The notes beneath the pieces were generated by a model. That model did no database searches and was not told where the DNA came from. It was given only the letters and a program-made list of their open reading frames with translations. From positions 1,376,001-1,440,000 of the forward strand of contig OY729416.1 of the NCBI GenBank assembly GCA_963422265.1: a DNA stretch of 64,000 nucleotides. Direction: 5' to 3'. Every line of letters starts with the position of its first letter. Position 1 is the first letter of the stretch. Source of the stretch: Thermodesulfobacteriota bacterium (GTDB lineage Bacteria; Desulfobacterota_D; UBA1144; Nemesobacterales; UBA2774). This document shows positions 1 through 11,975 of the stretch, piece after piece. The position numbers and the translations under genes are program-made.

Positions 1-1497
1 TGAAAGAGCGTCAACCGGCTCGCCATTTACCAAGACGTCGAGTTTTATTAGGTCCGAAGCACGGTATCCTATCGTTTCATAGTCCATTGAGGCGTAACCG
101 CGGGAAACTGATTTCAACCTGTCGTAAAAATCAAACACTATCTCGGCTAGCGGGATTTCATATTCTACTATCACCCTGTCCTGAGTCATATATCTAACGT
201 TGCGCTGCGTCCCCCTTTTCTTGATACAGAGGTCAAATATGGAACCCAGGTAAGCCCCTGGAGTGTGAATGGACACTAATACGTAGGGCTCATCTATCAA
301 CTCCATTTTATCAGGCGCAGGTAGATCGCTAGGATTGTCTATATAGCTTATTTCCCCGCTAGTATTCGTGACCTTATATATGACTGTGGGGGCAGTGGTA
401 ATAAGTTCGAGTTCAAATTCACGCTCAAGCCTCTCCTTTACTATTTCCAAATGCAGCAGCCCGAGAAATCCACACCTAAACCCGAACCCCAGCGCGGCTG
501 AAGTCTCTGGCTCATAAGCTAGGGAAGAATCGTTCAACCCTAGTTTTTCGAGAGACTCCCTTAATCTTGCGTAGTCTCCTGAATCTATGGGGTACAAACC
601 ACTAAAAACCATTGGTTTCATCTCTCTAAATCCCGGTAGGGGCGTCTCCGTAGGTTTAATGGCATCCGTGATAGTTTCTCCTACTTTAGCCTCGCCAACT
701 TCCTTAATTGAGGCAGTAACAAAACCAACCTCACCGCCTGAGAGCTCTCTTACCTGCGACGCTCTCGGAGAAAAGACTCCCAGCGTCTTCACCTCATAAG
801 ATTTACCAGTTGACATCAGCGTAACCTTACTACCTACATCTATTCTACCTTCAAATACCCTTATCAGCATTACGACTCCCTGATAAGAATCAAACCAGCT
901 ATCAAAAATAAGTGCTTTTAATGGCTTATGGGATTTATCGGGGGGCGGCTCTACCCTTTCTATAATGGCTTCAAGGATTTCTTTCGTTCCTATGCCCTCT
1001 TTAGCACTTGCGGCTATAGCATCCTCAGCACTTAAGCCGATTACTTCTTCAATCTCTTCCTTTATCCTTTCTGGGTCTGCGGCAGGTAGGTCTATTTTGT
1101 TGATAACGGGTATCAGTTCAAGGTTTGAATCAGAAGCCATATACGCGTTTGCCACGGTTTGAGCTTCCACGCCTTGCGAAGCATCAACTATAAGTAGAGC
1201 GCCCTCACATGCCATTAGGCTTCTGGAAACCTCGTAGCTGAAGTCAACGTGCCCCGGTGTATCAATTAAATTAAATTGATAAATGCACCCGTCGTCGGCT
1301 TTATAGTTGATCCTTACGGCTTGAGCTTTGATAGTAATGCCTCGCTCCCGCTCGATTTCCATCTGGTCAAGAAACTGCTCCGTCTTATCGCGCTCTGTTA
1401 GCGTCCCAGTAAACTCCAAGATCCTATCCGCAAGGGTCGATTTGCCGTGGTCAACGTGCGCAATTATAGAAAAATTCCTGATGTGTCTGGGTTTCAT
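1..1497 (-). CDS. lepA: Elongation factor 4 (LepA), runs off the window edge
   Basis: Manual minus-strand translation from ATG 1497: [28 protein letters not shown], later [19 protein letters not shown] and [14 protein letters not shown]. Confidence 0.95.
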   Translation of the reverse strand, partial: MKPRHIRNFSIIAHVDHGKSTLADRILEFTGTLTERDKTEQFLDQMEIERERGITIKAQAVRINYKADDGCIYQFNLIDTPGHVDFSYEVSRSLMACEGALLIVDASQGVEAQTVANAYMASDSNLELIPVINKIDLPAADPERIKEEIEEVIGLSAEDAIAASAKEGIGTKEILEAIIERVEPPPDKSHKPLKALIFDSWFDSYQGVVMLIRVFEGRIDVGSKVTLMSTGKSYEVKTLGVFSPRASQVRELSGGEVGFVTASIKEVGEAKVGETITDAIKPTETPLPGFREMKPMVFSGLYPIDSGDYARLRESLEKLGLNDSSLAYEPETSAALGFGFRCGFLGLLHLEIVKERLEREFELELITTAPTVIYKVTNTSGEISYIDNPSDLPAPDKMELIDEPYVLVSIHTPGAYLGSIFDLCIKKRGTQRNVRYMTQDRVIVEYEIPLAEIVFDFYDRLKSVSRGYASMDYETIGYRASDLIKLDVLVNGEPVDALS

Positions 1498-1675
1498 AAG
1501 GTCATTTACATCAATGGCGTTGAATCAAACTAGTTATTATAAAGTAACAGGGTTGAGATACAAACTTTTGTCATATTACATGCCAAAATTCACGGTGAAA
1601 ATCGTAGGGTGAAACGCATAAACTCTAAGCACGATTTGACAAAACAACCGCCACAACGTATTTAGGTGCAAATGA

Positions 1676-2929
1676 CTATTTCAGAAAACTGGCTAAATGA
1701 TCTCTTATATCGGAGTCGGCAAGTTTTCCGAGAGCAGCTTTTTCAATCTGCCTTATTCTTTCACGCGTTAAATTGAATCGCTTTCCAATCTCGTCTAAAG
1801 TATAGGTGCTCTTCTGATCAATACCGAACCTTAACCTTAGTATCTCTTCTTCCCTGTCATTTAGTAAAGTAAGGGCTTCCCTTAGCTTGTCCGTAAGATC
1901 GGATTTAGCTACTAATGAATCGGGTATCACTTTTTCGTTATCGGCTATAGAGTCAAGAAGAGTAGCTTTTTCTCCATCTAAAATCGGCGTATCTAGGCTA
2001 ATAGCATCTTTTGTGGAGCGTAATATTCGTTTAACAACCTCAACCGATATGCTGCAACTTCCAGATATTTCCTCAGGAGTAGGCTTACGGTTTAGCTCTT
2101 TAGCTAAAAGAGCATGAACTTTATAAACTCTGTTTGCCTGTTCAAGTAGATAAACGGGCACTTTAATCGTTCTTGTCTGTCCTTGCAGAGCTCTTAAAAT
2201 CGCTTGGTGTATCCACCATGAAGCATAGGTAGAGAACTTGAACCCTTTTCTGTGATCAAACCTTTCAACTGCTCTCATTAACCCCATGTTGCCCTCTTGA
2301 ATCAGATCGGACAAAGGTAACCCACGCCCCATATATTTTCTTGAAATGGTTATAACCAACCTTAAATTAGCCTTCACAAATCTCTGTTTTAGTTTCTTTG
2401 CATTTTCAGAGTAAACCATTATAAATGCGTTTAGACTTTCAATGCGCTTGGCAATCGCCGCCTCGGCTGCACTATGGGCAAATTTACTACCGCCAGTGTT
2501 GACGACACGGTAGCTTAACTCTCTTGCCCCTTCTTCGCTTTCACGGGGACAAGGATTTTCAGTCAATTTCGTTGGCTGCGCTCGGGACGTAAGTTTCTCT
2601 ACGACGCCAGTTAACTCCCCTACTTTTAACTCGCACTTTTCTATTTTAGCGGAGATCTCTATTTCTTCCTGGGCTGTGAACAAGGGCTCCACGGACATGT
2701 CCTTAAAATAAGCGTAAAGCAATCTGAGCTGCTCGTCAGGAGTCTCATCCGATTTTGACTTTGGCTTAACACCTTTTGTATTGTATTTACGATTAGAATC
2801 TTCACTATCAGTATAACTACCCTTAAAACTCAAAGACGTTACCCGCTCATCGTCCTGATCAAATCCTTCATACTCATTTCCTGCAATAGATTCGTTAGAT
2901 TCGTTGAACTCTTTGTATTTTGTCTCCAT
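1676..2929 (-). CDS. RpoD/SigA-family sigma-70 factor without a typical region 1.1
   Basis: NLRLVITISRKY, DLIQEGNMGLMRAVERFD, GFKFSTYASWWI, TLDEIGKRFNLTRERIRQIE. Confidence 0.92.
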   Translation of the reverse strand: METKYKEFNESNESIAGNEYEGFDQDDERVTSLSFKGSYTDSEDSNRKYNTKGVKPKSKSDETPDEQLRLLYAYFKDMSVEPLFTAQEEIEISAKIEKCELKVGELTGVVEKLTSRAQPTKLTENPCPRESEEGARELSYRVVNTGGSKFAHSAAEAAIAKRIESLNAFIMVYSENAKKLKQRFVKANLRLVITISRKYMGRGLPLSDLIQEGNMGLMRAVERFDHRKGFKFSTYASWWIHQAILRALQGQTRTIKVPVYLLEQANRVYKVHALLAKELNRKPTPEEISGSCSISVEVVKRILRSTKDAISLDTPILDGEKATLLDSIADNEKVIPDSLVAKSDLTDKLREALTLLNDREEEILRLRFGIDQKSTYTLDEIGKRFNLTRERIRQIEKAALGKLADSDIRDHLASFLK

Positions 2930-3259
2930 CTGCTTTATTCTATTCTCCGTTACTCAATCAAGTTGAGAACAAGCTACAAGGGATGTGTTTTTCCCTTTCC
3001 GATAAATATGTGATTTCTTAGTTCACCGGGACCCTAGGTTGGTAATGCTGTCGTCCCATCACCCTAAATGACCCCGGAAAACCTTTGCAGAGAGAAGCCG
3101 CAACGCCTCCTGTTAAATAGATAAAAACAATAATAGCGACGCCGTAATATAAGCCTAGAATTGCAGCGTTTCATATAAAAGCGCACGTTAAACCTGAAAA
3201 GTCCACTCTTATGAGCCCTGTCATCGCCCATTCTATCGAATGCTTAAGGTTAATTCAAC

Positions 3260-3871
3260 CTATTTATAAGCTGAATAGTTAGCGGCGACCTGATCCCAGT
3301 TTACGACGCTCCACCACGCGGATATATAATCCGGTCTTCGGTTTTGATATTTGAGATAGTAGGCGTGTTCCCAAACGTCTAGTCCTAGTATCGGCTTTAG
3401 TCCTTCAGACACGGGATTATCTTGATTTGGCGTTGAGGTTATCGTTAGGTTTCCACTCCCACCGATGCAGAGCCAAGCCCAGCCACTTCCAAATCGTGTT
3501 GCGCCGGCTTTGGCAAACATATCCTTAAAAACCCCCAAATCACCAAAGGCTGAGTTAATAGCTTCTGCTAATTCGCCCGTAGGCTCTCCTCCGCCATTTG
3601 GGCTCATGCAGAGCCAAAACATTTTATGGTTGGCGTGCCCTCCCCCGTTGTTCCTTACGGCTGCTCTTATATCTTCCGGCACCGAACTTAAATCTTCTAG
3701 CAAGCTCTGTAAATCTTTGTCAGCCAGCTCTGGACGTTTCTCTAAAGCCGCATTTAAATTATTGATATAGGTTTGATGATGCTTAGAATGATGAATTTCC
3801 ATAGTCTGCACGTCTATGTATGGTTCCAACGCGCTGTAGTCATAAGCGAGCTTTGGTAGTTCGTATGGCAT
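3260..3871 (-). CDS. sodA: Mn/Fe superoxide dismutase
   Basis: [33 protein letters not shown]. Confidence 0.93.
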   Translation of the reverse strand: MPYELPKLAYDYSALEPYIDVQTMEIHHSKHHQTYINNLNAALEKRPELADKDLQSLLEDLSSVPEDIRAAVRNNGGGHANHKMFWLCMSPNGGGEPTGELAEAINSAFGDLGVFKDMFAKAGATRFGSGWAWLCIGGSGNLTITSTPNQDNPVSEGLKPILGLDVWEHAYYLKYQNRRPDYISAWWSVVNWDQVAANYSAYK

Positions 3872-4105
3872 TATATTGCCTCCCTATGTAACTTGTTATG
3901 TAAATTGCTCAGTCTGCTATTTCGAGTTAAACTTGTGAGCCAAGAAACCGATATCCTCATTATTCGTCTGTGATATTTTTTATTAACTCATTTTTTTGAA
4001 ACTTCTAACTTCCCTAGAATAACTCATCAATATCATTTTGTCAAAAACTATCTCAACTTATAGAGGGTTCAACGCGTTGGCAGTTCTAAGCCTTTCACTG
4101 AATAG

Positions 4106-4134
4106 TTGACATGAAACTAACTAGATGGTAATTT
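4106..4134 (+). promoter_or_regulatory. Putative sigma70 promoter of the suf operon
   Basis: TTGACA-17 nt-TAATTT with TG extension, about 200 nt upstream of sufB. Confidence 0.5.
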
Positions 4135-4336
4135 CTACTGTCTAATAATACACGTTCCAGATGTTAAGAATCAGTATTGCATGGGTGTCAATGTGCGGGC
4201 AACTAAAACGTTGGATTGTGCAGTTAGGTCTTTTGCACTTATCTATTTTTCGGAAGATGTTACGTCTAGAAAACATACTTAACGAGTAACGCGGCAAGTA
4301 GTTCGTCGAGCTAAACCTAAGGAGGTTCGTTGGTTT

Positions 4337-5773
4337 ATGAGCGTTGATTTGGAGAGATTGGCAGAGCAGGAATATAAATACGGCTTCGTTACAAACGTTG
4401 AGCAGGATATAGCACCCAAGGGTTTAAATGAAGACGTCGTCAGGTTCATCTCTTCAAAAAAAGGGGAGCCCGAATGGCTTCTTGCCTGGAGACTAAAGGC
4501 TTATGAGCGCTGGCTTACCATGAAGGAACCTGAATGGCAGCACGTAACTTATCCATCTATTAATTATCAAGACATTAGCTATTATGCGGCTCCTAGGCAG
4601 AAAGAGTCTCCTAAGAGCCTAGACGATATTGACCCTGAAATTAAAGAGACCTATGATAAGCTCGGAATCCCTCTCGAGGAACAGAAGATGCTCGCAGGCG
4701 TGGCGGTAGATGCAGTGTTTGACAGCATTTCCGTTATCACGACTTTTAAAGAGAAGCTAGCCGAGGCAGGGGTGATCTTCTGCTCCATTTCAGATGCGGT
4801 TCGCGAGCACCCGGAGTTGGTTAAAAAATATCTTGGCTTCGTCGTTCCTCGCAATGACAATTTCTTTGCAGCCTTGAACTCGGCGGTATTTTCAGATGGG
4901 TCGTTCGTTTACATTCCCAAGGGCGTGCGCTGTCCTATGGAGCTATCCACTTATTTCAGGATTAACGCAGAAAACACAGGTCAGTTTGAAAGAACCCTGA
5001 TTATTGCTGAAGAGGGAAGCTACGTTAGCTACTTAGAGGGATGCACCGCACCCAAACGAGACGAGAATCAGTTGCACGCCGCAGTGGTCGAGCTTATAGC
5101 ACACAGAAACGCTACGATTAAATACTCAACTATACAAAACTGGTATCCGGGAGATAACGAGGGCAAGGGCGGCATATATAATTTCGTCACCAAAAGAGGC
5201 AGATGTCTAGGCAATAACTCTCATATATCATGGACTCAGGTAGAGACGGGATCAGCCATAACGTGGAAGTACCCAAGTTGCATATTAGAGGGGGACAACT
5301 CAGTTGGAGAGTTTTACTCCGTAGCATTGACGAACAGGAGACAGCAGGCTGACACAGGAACAAAGATGATACACGTAGGAAAGAATACCAAGAGCACTAT
5401 CGTATCTAAGGGAATCTCCGCGGGATTGGGGCAAAATACGTATAGGGGGTTAGTGCAAATTGGTAGTGGTGCCACTGGGGCGAGAAACTATACGCAGTGT
5501 GACTCTATGCTTATAGGGGACAAGTGCGGCGCGCATACGTTTCCTTACATAGAGGTAAAAAATTCAACGGCTCAAATGGAGCATGAAGCCTCTACGTCTA
5601 AAATAGGCGAGGATCAAATGTTTTACTGTCAGCAGAGAGGGCTTTCAGCAGAGGACGCGGTGTCACTTATTGTAAATGGATTCTGTAAAGACGTATTTAA
5701 GGAGCTTCCGTTCGAGTTTGCAGTAGAGGCTGAAAAGCTGCTTAGCATCAGCCTAGAGGGCAGCGTTGGGTAA
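4337..5773 (+). CDS. sufB: Fe-S cluster assembly protein SufB
   Basis: [35 protein letters not shown]. Confidence 0.97.
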   Translation: MSVDLERLAEQEYKYGFVTNVEQDIAPKGLNEDVVRFISSKKGEPEWLLAWRLKAYERWLTMKEPEWQHVTYPSINYQDISYYAAPRQKESPKSLDDIDPEIKETYDKLGIPLEEQKMLAGVAVDAVFDSISVITTFKEKLAEAGVIFCSISDAVREHPELVKKYLGFVVPRNDNFFAALNSAVFSDGSFVYIPKGVRCPMELSTYFRINAENTGQFERTLIIAEEGSYVSYLEGCTAPKRDENQLHAAVVELIAHRNATIKYSTIQNWYPGDNEGKGGIYNFVTKRGRCLGNNSHISWTQVETGSAITWKYPSCILEGDNSVGEFYSVALTNRRQQADTGTKMIHVGKNTKSTIVSKGISAGLGQNTYRGLVQIGSGATGARNYTQCDSMLIGDKCGAHTFPYIEVKNSTAQMEHEASTSKIGEDQMFYCQQRGLSAEDAVSLIVNGFCKDVFKELPFEFAVEAEKLLSISLEGSVG

Positions 5774-5829
5774 AAACTCCACCTAATTCCCTGCTAAGAC
5801 TAACCTGTAAATTACTAAGGAGAAACAAG

Positions 5830-6594
5830 ATGCTGGAGATAAAGGATCTACACGTTAGTGTGGATGGCAAGGAGATTATAAGGGGTCTTAATCTAGAAAT
5901 CAGACGAGGGGAGATGCACTCGATTATGGGACCGAATGGGTCTGGTAAAAGCACTTTAGCCCAGGTGCTTGCTGGGCGCGATTCGTATGAGGTTACTGGA
6001 GGTGAAATGATCTTCGATGGAAAAGACCTTCTTGATCTGTACCCCGAAGAAAGAGCCTGCGAGGGCATATTTCTCGCTTTTCAATATCCGGTCGAAATAC
6101 CGGGGGTGGCTAATACTTACTTGCTTAGAGAGGCTTTGAACTCCGTTCGCAAATACAGGGGTGAGAAACCCCTTAAGCACGTGGAATTTGGAAAGCTTGC
6201 CAAGGAAAAGATGAAGGTTTTAAACATCGGGGACGACTTACTTAAGCGCGCAGTTAACGAAGGATTTTCCGGTGGAGAAAAGAAGAGGAATGAAATTTTT
6301 CAGATGCAGATACTTGAGCCTAAGCTTGCTGTCCTAGATGAAACAGATTCGGGGTTAGATATAGACGCTCTTAAAATCGTAGCAGAAGGCGTGAACCATC
6401 TGAGAAGTCCCAAAAGATCATTCTTAGTAATAACGCACTATCAGAGGCTACTAAACTACATAGTTCCTGACTTCGTTCACGTGCTGGTGGATGGGAGAAT
6501 AGTGAAGTCAGGCGGGAAAGAGTTAGCGCTTGAACTCGAGGATAAAGGTTATGGCTGGGTAGAAGACGGCACCGAAGCAGCGGTCAACAATTAG
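5830..6594 (+). CDS. sufC: Fe-S cluster assembly ATPase SufC
   Basis: GPNGSGKST, VNEGFSGGEKKRNE, LDETDSGLDID. Confidence 0.97.
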   Translation: MLEIKDLHVSVDGKEIIRGLNLEIRRGEMHSIMGPNGSGKSTLAQVLAGRDSYEVTGGEMIFDGKDLLDLYPEERACEGIFLAFQYPVEIPGVANTYLLREALNSVRKYRGEKPLKHVEFGKLAKEKMKVLNIGDDLLKRAVNEGFSGGEKKRNEIFQMQILEPKLAVLDETDSGLDIDALKIVAEGVNHLRSPKRSFLVITHYQRLLNYIVPDFVHVLVDGRIVKSGGKELALELEDKGYGWVEDGTEAAVNN

Positions 6595-6611
6595 GAGAGA
6601 ATAACTAAATA

Positions 6612-7961
6612 ATGAGCATCACCTTAACCACTAATGAAAACGGTTACCTAGACGGATTTGATAAGTTTAGAGAAATTGCGCCGGGAAAAGATATTGATTG
6701 GCTTATGTCGCTAAGGGAAAGCGCTATAGCAAGGTTTTCAGAGCTAGGGTTTCCTACGGTCCACAACGAGGATTGGCGCTTCACTAACGTAACCCCGATT
6801 GCGAGGACAACTTTTCAGATGCCTGAAAACGTAAGTGGAAAGGTTAAGCCTGACGTCCTTAGTCAGTTTACGTTTCCGGGGATTGATTGCAGTCGCCTCG
6901 TATTTATAGATGGCTTATTTTCATCTGAGCTATCATCAATAAGGCAGCTACCAAACGGCGTAAAAGCACTAAGTCTTTCTCAGGCTTTGACGAAAGATCA
7001 AGAACTATTGAGTGAACGACTGGGAAAATACGTTGATTTTGATGAGGATGCTTTCTCAGCCTTAAACTCTGCTTTTTTTCAGGATGGAGGGTTTATCTTT
7101 GTTCCTAAAGGCACCCAATTTGAGGATCCCGTTCATCTACTTTACGTTACGACTAATAGCAAGTCGTCACCAGCAATAACGAACCCGCGAAACCTGATAG
7201 TCGTTGAAGATAACTGTGAGGCAAACATCATAGAGCATTACGTTTGCCTTACTGATGGCGGTGCCTACTTGTCCAACGTGGTAACGGAGCTTATCTTAGG
7301 GCAAAACAGCACGGTGGGACATTATTTAATAGAAAATGAGAGTAAGGATGCTTATAACATTTCCACTCTTAGGGTTCAGCAGGAGAGAAGCTCAAATATG
7401 AGGTCGCACTCTGTACTAATTGGCGGGGCATTGGTAAGGAACAACGTGCATCCCGTTCTCGCGGGCGAGGGGTGTGATTCTCTGATCAACGGGCTATTTA
7501 TGTCTAGTGGAAGGCAGCACATGGACAACTATATGAAGGTTGAGCACGCGAGCCCGCACTGCGACAGCAGGCAATTTTATAATGGAATTTTAGACGGCAG
7601 GTCAAGAGGGGTATTTCATGGGCGCATAATTGTTCATGAAGATGCCCAGAAGACCGATGCAAAGCAGACGAACAGAAATCTCTTGCTCTCGGATACTGCC
7701 CAGATAGATACAAAGCCACAGCTTGAAATTTATGCTGATGACGTTAAGTGCACGCACGGCGCTACTATAGGGCAAATAGACGAAAACGCCTTGTTTTACA
7801 TACGCTCTAGAGGGATTTCTGAGGAGGCGTCTAAGGATATAATATTAAATGCCTTTACTAATGAAACCCTTGAAAGTATGAATATAGAAGCGGTGAAAAG
7901 ATATTCTGAATCTCTTGCGGCCGACTGGTTTGCAAGAAGGCAGCACGCCCATAATGGCTGA
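6612..7961 (+). CDS. sufD: Fe-S cluster assembly protein SufD
   Basis: EDWRFT, KPQLEIYADDVKCTHGAT; position after sufC. Confidence 0.95.
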   Translation: MSITLTTNENGYLDGFDKFREIAPGKDIDWLMSLRESAIARFSELGFPTVHNEDWRFTNVTPIARTTFQMPENVSGKVKPDVLSQFTFPGIDCSRLVFIDGLFSSELSSIRQLPNGVKALSLSQALTKDQELLSERLGKYVDFDEDAFSALNSAFFQDGGFIFVPKGTQFEDPVHLLYVTTNSKSSPAITNPRNLIVVEDNCEANIIEHYVCLTDGGAYLSNVVTELILGQNSTVGHYLIENESKDAYNISTLRVQQERSSNMRSHSVLIGGALVRNNVHPVLAGEGCDSLINGLFMSSGRQHMDNYMKVEHASPHCDSRQFYNGILDGRSRGVFHGRIIVHEDAQKTDAKQTNRNLLLSDTAQIDTKPQLEIYADDVKCTHGATIGQIDENALFYIRSRGISEEASKDIILNAFTNETLESMNIEAVKRYSESLAADWFARRQHAHNG

Positions 7962-8268
7962 GTTTGAAAGAGTCGCCAAGGTATCAGACGTTGCACCCGG
8001 CGAGATCAAATCCTTCCCGTTAGGTATTGAAATGATTGCTGTATGTAAAGTTGACGGAAGGATTTACGCCTTTAAGGACGAGTGCTCTCATCAGGCTCTT
8101 CCCCTATCCGACGGGGTTCTTGAAGGTAAGACTATTACCTGCGCGTATCATGGAGCCGAGTTTGACATTGAGACCGGCAAGGCGATTTGCCTCCCTGCGA
8201 CTGACGGGGTTGAAACGTATGAGGTAAAAGTGGAAGGGGACTACGTATGCATTTTAATTCCGGATTAA
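7954..8268 (+). CDS. Rieske-type [2Fe-2S] ferredoxin
   Basis: CSH...CAYHGAEFD motif; likely start ATG 7954 (MAEFERV) overlapping the sufD stop. Confidence 0.9.
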   Translation: MAEFERVAKVSDVAPGEIKSFPLGIEMIAVCKVDGRIYAFKDECSHQALPLSDGVLEGKTITCAYHGAEFDIETGKAICLPATDGVETYEVKVEGDYVCILIPD

Positions 8269-8450
8269 AACCCCTATAGCCCAAAACTGATTCTATGCAG
8301 CCTCTTGTAGGGGTAACTCTTCCCCAATCGAGTTGGGGACATGCATGGTTAGCCGGACCCCACTGTCATTTCTAGTAGAGCGGATCCCTTAGGCTTTGCT
8401 CAGTAAATGGGCAGAAATGATATATTGATATATAGGACAATCCTCCACCC

Positions 8451-8503
8451 GTCATTCCCGCTCCCGTATCAGGGGACGGGACAGGCTTTGAGCAAGAATC
8501 CAG
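8451..8503. repeat. REP-like palindromic element
   Basis: GTCATTCCCG...GAATCCAG ends with internal CCCGT..ACGGG hairpin. Confidence 0.4.
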
Positions 8504-8644
8504 AAAGGGGGTAGCAACGTCTTCTGATTTCTTCTGAATTAGATCCGTGGAGCAGTTCATATTACTTGACTCTGACCTTTAAAATATGTATATGTAATTC
8601 TTAGTGCTTTATATGAACGTATTGAATATTTAGAACAAGAGCAA

Positions 8645-10412
8645 ATGAATAAGGATACAAGCCAATCACTCTCCTTATTCCTTATCTTTGTTGCTTTGGC
8701 AGTGCCAGTGGCCGTCACTTCCTGCGGGGGGGTGGGGGCACAGAAGCCCAAAGTTAGATCCGAACCATGGTGACCCCGCCGCAACGGCGCCATCGGCATT
8801 CAGGCTTGAACCGGTTTCCCATGGTGCCGTATTCTCGAAAATGACCGACCTTGCCCCAGGGGCGATACCCTCAAATTGGCCGTACATGCAAAGAACACCC
8901 GCCATCTGGCCTTCAAGGTGAGGCAAATCGGGACACAGGGACGATACGAAGAAATACCGCTAACGAATGCGTCCACGTCCGAACCTTGCTATGACGGGGA
9001 CGGAGGAGACGCTATCGCGGACTACCCTGCGCGGGAAGGGCGCCCTTCCAGTCATATTCTGCGTGGCTGGTTTGGCTGCCATTCAAGCGACGGCACATGG
9101 CTTGCTTCCACGAACAGCGATGCTAAATGCCGGTGGTACACACTGCGACAACCTCAGCCACCAACTCTATACCACACATACACAATTATAGGGCCGCAGC
9201 CCGCGCCGGTAATTCAGGAACTCCACGGCAGACGCTATGTGTCATTAGCTAATTGGACATATAATGTTGAAGTGCCCATTCCAGAAGACTGGTAGAATGG
9301 ATTCTACGAATTCGTTTCACTTCCCCATGATGGGACCGTCGACTGGACCATGCAGGACACCGCCCCGTTTGTCGTCGAGGACAGGTCCGCACCGGAGCCG
9401 GTATGCATCGTGGCCTCGTACCTGACTGCGGCCGCCTACAACACCGGCTTCGGAGCAAGCCTCTACAAAGGTTTTGACGGGAGAGCGTACCACCCCCGCC
9501 TGCAAGCCTCCGCCGTCAGCATGCAGCGGCCATAAGTTAGCTATTATCGGCACATCAAACCGGTCGTGCAATTTCTTGAGGGTTCGGACGTGCCGATCCG
9601 CTATGCGACAACCTTGTTGGTTCACAAGGATCCAACGATCCTCGAGGGGTGCCGGGTCATCGTCTTGGCGTATCATCCCGAGTACCTATCAAGTCGGGTG
9701 CGGACCGCAGTGACGAGCACCATTAAGCAGGGCGTGCATCTGTTGTTGTCCTTTTCCGCCAATGCCTTCTACTGGAGGGTGGCATTGCATAAAGACGCCT
9801 TCGGACACGACATCATGATGGTTGACAAGAAGGCAGGCAATCTCTGGAGAAGCCAGGGCTATGCATTCAGCGAACAGAACATCTTCGGAGCTCGGTATCC
9901 GAAGGGCGCCTGGGGAAGCAACAATGCGCTATTTGTCGTGGAGCCCCGTACGCACGCCAATGCGACGCCAGATCCCGGACTCATGTCGCATTGGATATTC
10001 GAGGGCACGGGGTTGCGTTTCGGAGATAGAATCGACGACCTGATGGGCGGGGAGGTTAACACGTTTCACCCGTCCTACCCGGTTCCTGACGTGCAGGAGC
10101 AGATTGTTTTCCTCTCCCCTTACTACAATAAAGAAGGAAAAGAGTTCATGGCGCACACGTCATACTTCATGCGCCCGAACGGCCAGACGACTTTTCATTC
10201 GGCGTCGTTGCGGTTCCAGCACGCCCTGGTGTCCACGAACGAGCCAGGATGGAACAATTCAGCGGATGATCGGGAATATCCTACCGAAGATGCTGAATCC
10301 GGACGATAGAATCATATCCAAAAGCAGCAACAAGGATTCGCACACCTTCCGCTATGCCAAGTCTCATCTGCACGACGGCCGTATCTGGAGCAATCGCAGC
10401 GATATGTTCTAA
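8645..10412 (+). pseudogene. Disrupted lipoprotein with N,N-dimethylformamidase large-subunit-like domain
   Basis: Signal/lipobox MNKD...VAVTSC at 8645. ORFs 8876, 9350 and 9566 are in one frame, broken by TAG 9293 and TAA 9533 (IPEDW*NGFY; AYNTGFGASLY; SMQRP*; HPEYLS; SANAFYWRV; HWIFEGTG). Further frameshifts at both ends. Confidence 0.65.
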
Positions 10413-10456
10413 AAAAGATTTACTCACTGCCGACCTCTCTACCGCATCCGGATGAC

Positions 10457-11014
10457 GTGTATAACTGGGTCGGCTGCGGCGCCACAAGATCTAATGTCTA
10501 TCTCGTCTGGCTCTACGAGGCAGAAGCGTTACATTACGAATACAGACCCAAGGAGTTTGCCGCATTGTTGCCCGGCATGCAGGTCGCGAGGCGACTCTGG
10601 AGGATGGAATCATATTCAAGATCAGCAAGGATTCATGCAACAATACGGAACATCTGGATAAAAATTCTGGAGACTATCGGCAAGGACGCCCGACTGCTTG
10701 CCCGCTCTGACTTTGATGTGTATAAGGACAAGAATGAAAACAGGCTGATTTACGTCCGGGAGGAATGTGGCGGCGAAGATAGTCGCCCTGAATTTTTTCT
10801 GCACATCTTCCCCGTGAACAGGGCAGACCTCCCTGCAGAGCGCCGCCGCTTTACTTATGACAATTTGGATTGTTGCTTCGATTATCACGGGTTTCATGAC
10901 GGTGCGCGTTGCGTGGCGGTGCGTGATCTTCCCGACTATCCCATTGCCCGTATCCGCACCGGCCAGTTCATACAGGGTCAAGGCAGACTGTGGACGAGTG
11001 AATTCATGCCTTGA
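10457..11014 (+). CDS. Hypothetical protein or orphaned C-terminal module (FFLHIFP...DNLD...IRTGQF); start uncertain
   Basis: ORF track; the C-terminal half reads as a coherent globular module. Confidence 0.5.
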   Translation: MYNWVGCGATRSNVYLVWLYEAEALHYEYRPKEFAALLPGMQVARRLWRMESYSRSARIHATIRNIWIKILETIGKDARLLARSDFDVYKDKNENRLIYVREECGGEDSRPEFFLHIFPVNRADLPAERRRFTYDNLDCCFDYHGFHDGARCVAVRDLPDYPIARIRTGQFIQGQGRLWTSEFMP

Positions 11015-11321
11015 TGAACAACAGTCTCATGGTGCCCAAGCCACCCAACGCGAGCCGCTTCGCTGATGGCTTTATAAGGGTAGTCACGCTTATCTTTCAC
11101 CCTCCTTTTTAGCTATATTGCAGTTGAGAAATATCCTCCTACGTTAGCGTAGAAGCCAAGCTAGCTTTTTCAGAAACATTAATCACTTTACGCCCTGTAA
11201 TTTAAGAGTTTTGCTTAAGCAGATATTAAGAGCTTCCAAGTAATCAAATGGCAGATAGTCTTGACATAAGATAGGTAGGGCTTAACATATTTCTACTAGA
11301 CAATTTATGAGAGGCTATGTA

Positions 11322-11450
11322 ATGATAGAAAGAGATGAAACGGGTTCTTATGAAGGAATTTTCGCGATATTAGCTTTTGGGATTTTACTGGCTACTGTTC
11401 TCCTTGCGATAGGTGGTATTTACTATACTTTCATCAATCCTTCATTTTAA
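11322..11450 (+). CDS. Small single-pass membrane protein (42 aa), not in ORF track
   Basis: GAGAGG RBS; MIERDETGSYEGIFAILAFGILLATVLLAIGGIYYTFINPSF*; stop 5 nt before the next ATG. Confidence 0.65.
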   Translation: MIERDETGSYEGIFAILAFGILLATVLLAIGGIYYTFINPSF

Positions 11451-11455
11451 TACGA

Positions 11456-11959
11456 ATGAGTGACGCAAAATCTCTAAATTTGGAAAGAGCGTCGTTAATC
11501 GTTCTCATAGCGTTGTCCGCTGTGGGGATAGGCATAACGAATTTTGCACCTATAAAAAGTTTTTGGTTCTGGGCTGCGATGCCCCTTATATTCGGGGCGA
11601 CTAGCTTATACATAGGCTGGCGTAAGGCTAGACTGCGCGGCGAGTGCCTATCCAGAATAATTAAATTACAGCTTCTTCATTGGGCAAGCCTATTAGCTGT
11701 GATCGTATTGACTTACTCTCTATATGAAACAACGGGTAGAATCAATAATAATGAGCTTGCTTTAGTAACGCTCTTTTCTTTAGCCATTACGACTTTTCTC
11801 GCCGGCGTTCATTTTGATAGTAGGTTCCTAATAGTAGGGGTAATTTTGGGAGCTGCCTTGGCGGGAGCGGCGTTTATAGAGCAGTTTTTCTGGATTATTA
11901 TCTTTCCTATTGTCGCAGCCGCTGGCTTAATTATCTTTTGGCAGAAACGTCAGACTTAG
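11456..11959 (+). CDS. Hypothetical multi-pass membrane protein
   Basis: About six hydrophobic segments. Confidence 0.8.
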   Translation: MSDAKSLNLERASLIVLIALSAVGIGITNFAPIKSFWFWAAMPLIFGATSLYIGWRKARLRGECLSRIIKLQLLHWASLLAVIVLTYSLYETTGRINNNELALVTLFSLAITTFLAGVHFDSRFLIVGVILGAALAGAAFIEQFFWIIIFPIVAAAGLIIFWQKRQT

Positions 11960-11975
11960 AGTTGCTCGTAACGTT

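Noticed and set aside
587-1612. Short plus-strand ORFs
   Set aside because: Antisense shadows of lepA
8876-10309. Stop-codon recoding in the DMF-amidase-like gene
   Set aside because: The stops differ (TAG, TAA) and come with frameshifts, so decay is simpler
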